Below are positions 9,451 through 17,569 of a stretch of 64,000 nt of DNA, one piece after another. The notes beneath the pieces were generated by a model. That model searched no databases, was not told the DNA's origin, and was given only the letters and a program-made list of their open reading frames with translations. The translations under genes were made by a program, and so were the position numbers. The stretch is taken from the IMG/VR virus record IMGVR_UViG_3300045988_179183. One strand, written 5' to 3'. Position 1 is the stretch's first letter. Every line of letters starts with the position of its first letter. This stretch comes from a virus.

Positions 9451-10759
9451 ATTTTTTTCGATTAAGAATGTTTCTTAAAGAAGCTTTCACATCTTTCGGA
9501 TCGTGAACCTTAACACCTGTATCCTCCTGTTTTACCTCTCTTTTTTCGGTTACCGGTGATGCATTGGGCACTTCATCCATGACTCCGGGTTCATCCCCCT
9601 CTATTTCATCAAACGGTAATTCTTCCCCCTCCATCGCGAGTTGATACCACTTAACAAGATCCTCTTTCGATAAATTCGGTAAGGTATACCCTTCGTCGGA
9701 ATAATTGGATGCTATATACTCACGAAGCATTTTTTTCATCTTCAGTGGTGTCACTTCATTCGATTCTTCTTTTTTAAATGCCTGCTCGACCTCATCCTCG
9801 GCAACTTGTTTCGGTTCCGGAACGATTTCATATAACTTACTTACAAGTTCTTCAAAATCTGGATCACGCAACACGTCGAACTCCGGGTGTTGCGCTTCGA
9901 GATTCTTCAACCCCTCTAACGCAAGATTCAAATCACGAGTTGTGTAGCAGTCAACGTATAATTCTTTCAAGGATGGCTGACCTACCAATCTTTCTAATTC
10001 CGAATCGGAGATCTTACATTTTTCAAAGAAATCTTCCCATGATTGTCCAACCGTGGGTTTTCCCGCCTCAACATCGTAATAAACTCTTTCCTTTCCGTTC
10101 TGCGTTTTAGTTCCCTTCACAATAATCAACGGGAAACCATCGTCAGGTGATGAGAACATATCCAAGGATACTTTATTGCACTCTTCCGCCAATTCGATTG
10201 ATTTCTTGTGCAATAAATTGAACCAATTTGTTCTCAATTCGAGACGATACAAATCCCTTTTTGCATCCTGCACGTAGCAGACCCAGGTTGATTGAGGAAT
10301 ACACCCAGGTTTCCAATTCTTTCCCGATCCCCCACCCTGTATCGGAAATAAGAATTTCTTCTTATCATTCTCATCCTGAAAATCTTCCGCTTTTTCAAAC
10401 ACCTTTTGGATGTAGAACTCAACGGGATCCTGAAGACCTGATTCCTTAACCGCGTCACAGTGGGTTGTTGCGATGAAAATTTTCTTATTCTTCATCACTT
10501 TCCGCCCTGTTTTCTCACCGTTTTCCCATTCGTCATCTAAAACGGGTAACTGCGTTGTACGCATCGCGACGTACGCCGCCGTTTCCGGGTCTGATGATGG
10601 TAGCACGCGGAGCCAATTTCGTCCGTCGCTGATTGTGTAAAAGGGAGCTCGTCGTCCATCGGTTTGATAAAATGTTTTATTCGTTTCCTTCTGTTTCTGT
10701 TCCTCTTTCTGAATAGTCTCAAAACTTGATGCTTTAAATCTACTTCTGTCAAATGCCAT
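9449..10759 (-). CDS. gp32-like single-stranded DNA-binding protein (tentative)
   Basis: 436 aa. SDGRNWLRVLPSSDPETAAYVAM parallels the T4 gp32 segment [21 protein letters not shown]. Strongly acidic tail (EELPFDEIEGDEPGVMDE). Lies between the DnaE and Mre11/Rad50 genes. Confidence 0.5.
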   Translation of the reverse strand: MAFDRSRFKASSFETIQKEEQKQKETNKTFYQTDGRRAPFYTISDGRNWLRVLPSSDPETAAYVAMRTTQLPVLDDEWENGEKTGRKVMKNKKIFIATTHCDAVKESGLQDPVEFYIQKVFEKAEDFQDENDKKKFLFPIQGGGSGKNWKPGCIPQSTWVCYVQDAKRDLYRLELRTNWFNLLHKKSIELAEECNKVSLDMFSSPDDGFPLIIVKGTKTQNGKERVYYDVEAGKPTVGQSWEDFFEKCKISDSELERLVGQPSLKELYVDCYTTRDLNLALEGLKNLEAQHPEFDVLRDPDFEELVSKLYEIVPEPKQVAEDEVEQAFKKEESNEVTPLKMKKMLREYIASNYSDEGYTLPNLSKEDLVKWYQLAMEGEELPFDEIEGDEPGVMDEVPNASPVTEKREVKQEDTGVKVHDPKDVKASLRNILNRKK

Positions 10760-10779
10760 AACTTTACGTTTTAAATTGT

Positions 10780-11055
10780 TTAATTAATCTTTTTACTTAA
10801 CTCTGATAATCTACTTAAAAATTCGTCCTTCAATAAATGATATTTATTTAACAATGAACTTAAATCACTAGCCGTATCAAATGACACTCTCTCAACTGCG
10901 AGAGATATCGCCCTTTCTAAAGTGACACCGTATGCTAAATCTTTCGAATATGATTCCTTGATTTTCTCGCCGCTTCTTATTTCGAACACGTCATATCTAC
11001 CAAGGGTACCCGGGCAGGGTTTGATCTCAATATTCTCAATTATTAATGAATCCAT
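10780..11055 (-). CDS. hypothetical protein
   Basis: 91-aa ORF, co-directional, 1-nt gap to the upstream CDS. Confidence 0.55.
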   Translation of the reverse strand: MDSLIIENIEIKPCPGTLGRYDVFEIRSGEKIKESYSKDLAYGVTLERAISLAVERVSFDTASDLSSLLNKYHLLKDEFLSRLSELSKKIN

Positions 11056-11056
11056 G

Positions 11057-11623
11057 CTATAATCCTTTCTTGATTAAAAATGTGTTTACTTTTGCTTCAA
11101 CTAATTCGGATAAAAATTCCTCCGGTGATACGGGTCGAACTATCGAACTTAACTTCTTACTTTTATCATTGATCGCCCAGAACCAAGAATCCAAAATATT
11201 CAACATTCTCTGATTCTCAATCATATCATCCTTCAACGCCTGAAATTCAGTGTCAGTATAGATAGCTTCATCAACTGATTTCTCCGTTAATTTGATATAA
11301 TCATCACCGAATTTAAACTTTCCTTGATTTTTATTCGCTTCGATACGGATATCCTTGCGAAAATTCGCCTCGTAAATATCACATTTCAATTTACTCCTAT
11401 TGTATAGCGCCTCTGCTTCCGCCTTCCAGATCCCCACCTTGTTCAACAATGCTGAAACGGTCACTATCTCGCCGTACAAATTTCCATGATCGATCCTGCA
11501 CAAAGCGTCAATATCTATTTCATCTTCCGAATCCTCCGATATCAGCACAACAGGCCTATTTCCTATATGAACAACAGTATTCATCTCTTCTTGTTTTCGT
11601 TTACGTCGTTTAAAGATACCCAT
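11057..11623 (-). CDS. hypothetical protein
   Basis: 188-aa ORF, co-directional. No recognisable motif. Confidence 0.6.
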   Translation of the reverse strand: MGIFKRRKRKQEEMNTVVHIGNRPVVLISEDSEDEIDIDALCRIDHGNLYGEIVTVSALLNKVGIWKAEAEALYNRSKLKCDIYEANFRKDIRIEANKNQGKFKFGDDYIKLTEKSVDEAIYTDTEFQALKDDMIENQRMLNILDSWFWAINDKSKKLSSIVRPVSPEEFLSELVEAKVNTFLIKKGL

Positions 11624-11656
11624 TCAAAAATCAAATCACAACAACCAAAATAACCG

Positions 11657-13650
11657 TTACGTTAGTATCAACACCTCCGTGTTTTCATTCGCGTAAATAG
11701 CCATTTGTTGATTTCTCTCGTCCCAGTTTGTTCGACCGTTCATAAACAGGATCGTATCCTTACAGTTTTTCAAAATATTTTCGAACGATTCATATTCATT
11801 GGACCAGAAAACAACCGTTCGAAACTGGTAATTCTGCTCAAGCGTGATGATGGCGTAATCACCCTTTCGTCCAGTTTTTATTGCGATTTCATACACATAA
11901 CCCCCAGCCGTTAAATTATAACTTTTCGTTTCCAAGGGATCGTCCACTATTTCCGAAAAATCTTTGAAAGGATACTCCGAATCACCAACCATCTCCTTGA
12001 AATAATCCAAGTATAATTTTGAGTAATTGAAAAACGCCAAACCACACAATTTCTTCTGCCTCAAATTATGCCACCACTCTAGTTTCACCTTATCGGGATT
12101 CAACTCAAACACATCTTTTTCCTTATCGATTTTTACCTTATTAACGGTTCTGTATCGTTTTATAAGTTTTATCCTGTCTATAACGTTTGATATTGATTCT
12201 AGCTTATCGAAAGCACCACATGAAATCAAATTTTCTATAACACTTTTATTAACGGCACTTCCTTTCTGTGAATGACGGTCTAAAAATTCATCAAAACCAA
12301 AGTAGGGGCCGTTCTCGGATCTTTCCTTCATGATCTCCGCTTGTGCCTTCTCGCCGACCTGTTTCACTGATGAGATTGACCACACCAAACTTTTATCAGT
12401 GAAATCTGTCTTGATCTTATCCGTCGATTCATTAATATCAGGGGGGGTCACCTTGATATTTCCTATTTCATTTATCTCGTGTAGATAAACGGGGAAATCA
12501 TCATCATCAGCGTAGGAGAACGCAACGGACCAGAAAGCTAACGGATAATTTACTTTTAACCACTGACACGCGTATCCTGTGTTTGCATACGCGACCGCGT
12601 GGGATTTATTGAACTGATAATCAGCCATATTCTCAATTTCCTTCCATGTCTCTTCCGCGTATTTTTGATCAACACCGAAATTCTCGATATAATTTTTCAA
12701 AAATCTTTCCCTGAAGGGTTGAAGTTTCTCCACGTTCTTCTTACCAATCGCACGGCGTGCGCCATCCGCGTCAACAAGATTAAACCCTCCTAACACTTGG
12801 AACATTTTCATTGTCTGCTCCTGCCATATCATGATATACCGGCTACTTTGAAGTATTTCTCCCGCCCCTTTTCTAAATGATACTTCCCTCTCACCCTTTT
12901 TACGAAGGATATACTCGTTATGGAAATTTCCCTCCATAACCCCCGGTCGATATAACCCAATACAGTTTACAAGCTCTGTTATGTTATCGGGCTTTAACAT
13001 CTTACAATATCCGGTTAACCCTTTCGCGCCAAAATGAAATACATCACCATTCCACCCCCTTTGAAAATACGAGTAAACTTTCGGATCATCAAGAGGTAAT
13101 TCATAGAGGTTGATTTCTTCACCAGTATCATCTTTGATTAATTTCAATATATCACCGAACTTACTTAACTGCAAGATTCCCAGAATATCCTCTTTCAAAA
13201 AACCCGCGGTGTCAAGTTCACCACCCTCCCACTCACTGATCAACATATCACCCTGCCGGCGAATCGGATTCCAATGATACATATCCTTTTCATCCGGGTA
13301 AATCATCATGGCACATGCGTGAATCGATTTCGCCTTAGGTTGACCCTGTATCAAGCCGACCATCTCGATGATCTCCGGGTTTCTGTTAATGAAATTCGCG
13401 ACATCTTTTTTCTGACAGGCGATTCTGAATAAATCATCAAAATCCTTCACACCATCTATTTTAGAAGTAAATGAGTTTACCTCTGCGACGGGGACACCTT
13501 TCAACCTACATAGATCCTTGACGGCGGCCTTGACTTGAAGAGTCGTGTAGGTTCCCACGGAGCAAACTTGATCGGCACCGTAACGCTCCTCCATGTATCT
13601 TTTAACTTCCGGTCTTCTCGCCATCTCGAAATCAGTATCGATGTCCCTTA
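11657..13650 (-). CDS. dnaE: DNA polymerase III alpha subunit (DnaE), downstream exon / C-terminal part
   Basis: The ORF-track protein starts at MARRPEVKRYMEERYGADQVCSVGTYTT. The frame is open a further 23 codons upstream with no ATG/GTG/TTG start and encodes ...AARLRDIDTDFE, the Pol III alpha catalytic Asp pair (E. coli PDFDVDF). Downstream motifs: FHFGAKGL, YRPGVMEG, FNKSHAVAYA. The 5' boundary near 13650 is approximate. Confidence 0.85.
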
Positions 13651-14643
13651 GTCTGGCAGCGAACCGTGCTTGATTCGCTGCCGCTTTTCTAATTTAATTG
13701 ATTTAACTATATATTCCATTTCAAATTTTGTTTTATCTGTTTTACAAATCTAGATTTTTCAATAAAAGACATCACCTTTCTCCTTATATCTGTTTCTCTT
13801 AAATACACCTCCGTATATAAAGGAACCCATTTCCTTTCGAATAGCTTGCCTTTCTGAAGAAAAGTAAGTAATGTATCATGATTACCACTCGGTGATAATG
13901 TTTTTTGTGCGTCATAAGCAGATAGAAATTTATGTACCTCTAAAGTATAAATATTTATCATCACAATCGGTTTCGCATTCGGATTAAGACTCCCTTTCGC
14001 AACACCCCGGTCTTTTCGGATTACTGAGATATGATCCTTCATTTCCTGGGACCATTTATTCCCATAATTACCATTTTTCCCACCCACTCGTCTCGGCGGC
14101 TTAATACCGCCAATTTTTAAATTTAGTGTTCGTCGATCTCTCACCCACTGATGATCAACTACACGTTTTTCCTGAATCAATGCATCATCTACGGTATTAA
14201 AATACAACAAATTCACTCTCTTAAACGCACCAACCCCGTACAATCTCACGCAATTACCTAATGGCATTGGTAAAGGGTCCTTGTAATCTTTTAAACCGGT
14301 GGAGTAATCCGTCTTGATTCCGCCACCAATATAAGAATCTTCCACTGTTTTTGATGAATGAACCCCAACATATACTTTTCCGTTTACCATACAGGTTGTT
14401 TTATACAAAATATTATAAAGGTTATTGTCACCCTTAAACGGATTCTTTTGTCCGTTCGAGCATTTTGCTAATATCTCCTGATCCGACACTAACGATTCTA
14501 TCTCCATCTTTTAAATCTTGAGCTTTTACATCTAATTTTTCTCCCGATCTAAAAATACACACTTTATCATCAAAATCCAACTCTATATCTAAATTATTAT
14601 CGAATGTGATTTTTACAACGTCCACTTCAACTTGTTGACCGAT
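13625..14643 (-). mobile_element. Intervening sequence in dnaE, probably a group I intron carrying a GIY-YIG homing endonuclease (boundaries approximate)
   Basis: Separates ...LLFERFLNKGR (codons ending ~14644) from ...RDIDTDFE (13627-13650), which are adjacent motifs in DnaE. Contains a free-standing GIY-YIG ORF. A 9-bp stem ggcagcgaa/ttcgctgcc (13655-13663/13674-13682) lies just 5' of exon 2. Confidence 0.6.
13707..14507 (-). CDS. GIY-YIG homing endonuclease
   Basis: 266 aa. N-terminal NLYNILYKTTCMVNGKVYVGVHSS...YIGGG fits the GIY-(10-11 aa)-YIG module. Basic C-terminal region with repeated GxxNxNxK-like motifs (GGKNGNYGNKW, GSLNPNAKP), typical of the NUMOD-type DNA-binding tails of intron endonucleases. 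Confidence 0.8.
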   Translation of the reverse strand: MEIESLVSDQEILAKCSNGQKNPFKGDNNLYNILYKTTCMVNGKVYVGVHSSKTVEDSYIGGGIKTDYSTGLKDYKDPLPMPLGNCVRLYGVGAFKRVNLLYFNTVDDALIQEKRVVDHQWVRDRRTLNLKIGGIKPPRRVGGKNGNYGNKWSQEMKDHISVIRKDRGVAKGSLNPNAKPIVMINIYTLEVHKFLSAYDAQKTLSPSGNHDTLLTFLQKGKLFERKWVPLYTEVYLRETDIRRKVMSFIEKSRFVKQIKQNLKWNI

Positions 14644-16056
14644 ACGACCTTTATTCAGAAAACGTTCGAATAGCAAATCGTAATCAAACGGGTTAATGTG
14701 CGTCAGACCCAATAAATAGGCGACGAGGGAGCCACAAGCTGATCCACGGCCGAACCCTACGAGTATACCTTGACGTTTACACCATTGGGTGATATCCCAA
14801 AGTATCAAGAAATAATCAACAACATCTCCGTATTTAATTACATCTATCTCAGTTTCAAGTCTATCAAGATACTTCTCTTGTTCATCAACATCACTTATCC
14901 CCATGCTATTAAACCCATCCGCGACCAAGGATATAAGCATATCAACTTTTGATCCATCATATTTCTTGAACTCCTCCTCGGTCATTTTATATTTAGGAAG
15001 ATGACGTTGTGATAGATCGACCTTGAAATTACTACACCTTTCAGCGATATCATTTGTGTTCTCGATCGCGAATCCGATGATATCAAGCATAATATCTTGG
15101 TCATTATCAGAGAATAACTCCCTAATCTCCATCAAATATTCTTCGTTACATTTGAAGTATTGATTTTTTGAAAAATCGTTACTTATACCCGCGGATGAAT
15201 TCAACGCTTTTTTCAGATAGAAATATTCTTGGTCCAAATAATACGCATCACAGATATTTGTGGGCAACATGGAACTTGAGAAATATTCCTGAAGATTCAA
15301 AAGATATACCCTATCTCTTTCATTTGAATCAAACTTAACTGAATCAAGTTGATAGTATGTGTTCATCAATTCTTTCGGCACATCTTTAAATTGCAGGCTC
15401 TTCGGGTCAATCACGATAATTAATCCCTCTCTCAATGACAGAAACTTTCCTTCATCGATCCTCACATTATTATCAACGTTAATTTCCTTGTTGATAGAAA
15501 GAAGGTTCATCCACCCTGTTTCATCCACGACGTAAACCTTCACATCGTACAGAAGATCTTTCTTTTGATTGAACACGGTAACGGTTTCACCGATCACCGG
15601 TTTCAAACCGTGTTTCTGGCATTCCAACTGAAATTTAAGCACACCCGCAAGTGTGTTTTTCTCACAGATACCCAAAATACTCACACCGAAAAAATTCGCT
15701 TTTCGACACCAATCTCCATAATCTCCGGTTCCGTTCAATAATTCAAACGGACCTCTCACTCCCAGAAATGATTCGGTCGGTAAATCACTATCAACCTTAC
15801 CGATATATTTCAAGAGTTTCAACTTCACTTTCGATTCATTACCCTTTCTCAAAGTGTAATACAGACGGCCGAACTTATAGATGTAATTATTCGCAGTGAT
15901 GGGTGTTCCTATGTAATTAAACCCTCGATCAAACAGAAGTCCGTCGACATTGGGCCCTGATAATTCATATGTATCACCATCCATTGTGATAATACCCAGG
16001 TCGGAAATATCATATATAAATCCATTGCGATCGAGATACGATAACAGTTCTTTCAT
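14644..16056 (-). CDS. dnaE: DNA polymerase III alpha subunit (DnaE), upstream exon / N-terminal PHP-domain part
   Basis: ORF 14434..16056. DnaE-like sequence (FLGVRGPFELLNGTG, GICEKNTLAGV, VGFGRGSACGSLVAYLLGLTHINPFDYDLLFERFLN) ends at ~14644. The remaining 69 codons are read-through into the intervening sequence. Confidence 0.85.
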
Positions 16057-16104
16057 ATTTTAAATATAATGGGAACCCTTTTACGGGGCCCCGTAAATTC
16101 AAAT

Positions 16105-16701
16105 TTATATCTCGCCCTGGCTGGAATCACAACTCGATGCCTCAATTGCCTTAACACACTTGTAAATATACACGTTGCTTTTTCCAAGAATGGTTGCTAT
16201 TTCAGCTTTTTTCTTTCCCTCAGAGAGAAGTTGTTTGATTTGAGGTAATAGTGGGTTACTGAGAGAGATCACACCGTTTCTCTTCCCGGTCACTGACTGT
16301 TTCTTCGCCTTCTTCTCAGCCGGTTTTTCATCCACACTTTTATCCGTTTCAACTGTGTGCTTCCTGAAATCATCCGGGTTGAAATTTTCACGGAATGAAA
16401 GGATCGCATCCAACTCACTCTCTTCAAGATCCTTCATATCGCGATCATCAACAATCGCGTCAACCCTGGCGTATAAATCGCATGCGCCAAACGCCGCCAG
16501 TTGATCGTAAAATTCGGTTGCCTGATCGCACTTGCTCTTTACATCCTGACCCAGTTGATCCGCAACCGAATTCTTTCGAGCCTCATATTCTTCCAATGTC
16601 TCAACTAATTTTAAATTAGACATTGTGATATAATTTTTAATTCCACGAATTGATGCTTCTTTACGAAGTTCCTCACGGGTCATTTCACTAAACTTTTTCA
16701 T
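16105..16701 (-). CDS. putative DNA-binding protein (SAP/Rho-N-like N-terminus, C-terminal HTH)
   Basis: 198 aa. MTREELRKEASIRGIKNYITMSNLKLVETLEE resembles SAP/Rho_N helices. C-terminal KKAEIATILGKSNVYIYKCVKAI is HTH-like. Confidence 0.45.
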   Translation of the reverse strand: MKKFSEMTREELRKEASIRGIKNYITMSNLKLVETLEEYEARKNSVADQLGQDVKSKCDQATEFYDQLAAFGACDLYARVDAIVDDRDMKDLEESELDAILSFRENFNPDDFRKHTVETDKSVDEKPAEKKAKKQSVTGKRNGVISLSNPLLPQIKQLLSEGKKKAEIATILGKSNVYIYKCVKAIEASSCDSSQGEI

Positions 16702-16745
16702 AATCTCTTGTTTTTAAGTTGTTACTGTTTCATTGTTTCAATGTC

Positions 16746-16776
16746 TAAAGATACACAATGTTTATTTATTTACCAA
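16746..16776 (-). promoter_or_regulatory. Bacteroidota-type promoter, conserved-box class (copy 2)
   Basis: Minus strand reads TTGG-N19-TATCTTTA within AATAAACATTGTGTATCTTTAGAC. It lies 45 nt upstream of the CDS start at 16701. Confidence 0.55.
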
Positions 16777-17569
16777 CGAATCCAGCAAAAAATCGGTACT
16801 TTTCAATATTAAATTTTATGTCATTCCATTGAGATTGTTGTACATCGATACCCACCATCTTATGAAGCATCACGGGAATTTTTTCTTCAAGTCCGCTATC
16901 CGTATATCTTACACCGTGTAAACCATGAATAACTGGATTAGATGTATCGATACTTCTGATAAAGTGATACTTATCCTCGTTATATTGGCAAACTTCTTGC
17001 GGTAATACTGTGCCCAGTAAATGCAACGGCTTTTCACAATCCATAACACCGTGATTGATGAGCTGGTCAATGAACATTTTTCTTCCTCTACAATATGCCT
17101 TCGATGTATTCTCATCAGCCGCGAGACTTAAATAAATGGGTAAGTTGAAAGGTAGCGCAACCATATCACAGCATTCGACCATGCATTTATAGCATTCGAC
17201 AAGTTCATTCCAACTTATCCCCTGAACAACACCGATTGAATAGCTGCACGATATTTTCTCCCACGTTCTCGCCATTCTCATCGTTTCTTTCGCATTTCTC
17301 AAAACATCGGGTAAAACGTAATAAGTTGGCTTCAGTGCCTTAATCCATGAACGAAATCTATTTGCGTCAAATGCCGACCCCAATTCGAACACTGAATTGT
17401 CAAGAATTACCTCGCGTCCCTTGTTAACAAGCGCATCCATGAAAAATTCGAAATAATCGCCACCTATATCGGGATCTTCAAACAAGTGAACAAGTGCGTA
17501 ATCATAATCAGTCATCGATTGAACCTTGTTCATAATCGATAACGGTGCTTCATGCGCTATCTTAATCAT
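16766..17569 (-). CDS. Divergent TGT/DpdA-like TIM-barrel protein (second transglycosylase paralog, tentative)
   Basis: 267 aa. VILDNSVFELG matches TGT DSGGFQ, IGVVQGISWNE matches GGLAxGE, PLHLLGTVLPQE matches hLLGxGxP, and IRSIDTSNPVIHGL matches DmFDcVxPTRxArxG. The same motif order is seen in the adjacent bona fide DpdA (20477..21373). Overlaps the QueC stop by 8 nt. Confidence 0.45.
   Translation of the reverse strand: MIKIAHEAPLSIMNKVQSMTDYDYALVHLFEDPDIGGDYFEFFMDALVNKGREVILDNSVFELGSAFDANRFRSWIKALKPTYYVLPDVLRNAKETMRMARTWEKISCSYSIGVVQGISWNELVECYKCMVECCDMVALPFNLPIYLSLAADENTSKAYCRGRKMFIDQLINHGVMDCEKPLHLLGTVLPQEVCQYNEDKYHFIRSIDTSNPVIHGLHGVRYTDSGLEEKIPVMLHKMVGIDVQQSQWNDIKFNIEKYRFFAGFVGK

Noticed and set aside
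14437-14643. Intein-like wording (KVCIFRSGEKLDVKAQDLKDGDRIVSV) in the 69-codon tail of the upstream dnaE ORF, suggesting a split intein.
   Set aside because: The segment does not begin with a nucleophile at the extein junction, and there is no matching C-intein (HN + Cys/Ser/Thr) before exon 2. The region is interrupted by a different-frame GIY-YIG ORF. RNA-level interruption explains the data better.
16062-16069. TATATTTA box just upstream of the dnaE start, considered as a promoter.
   Set aside because: It lies only 6 nt from the ATG and lacks a TTTG at 19-20 nt spacing. The match is probably fortuitous and AT-rich.
16080-16097. Perfect 18-nt palindrome TTTACGGGGCCCCGTAAA between the 198-aa gene and dnaE, considered as a terminator or origin/operator site.
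   Set aside because: It could form a hairpin, but it has no loop and no downstream T-tract on the coding strand. It is a single copy, so it does not qualify as an iteron or operator array. Left uncalled.
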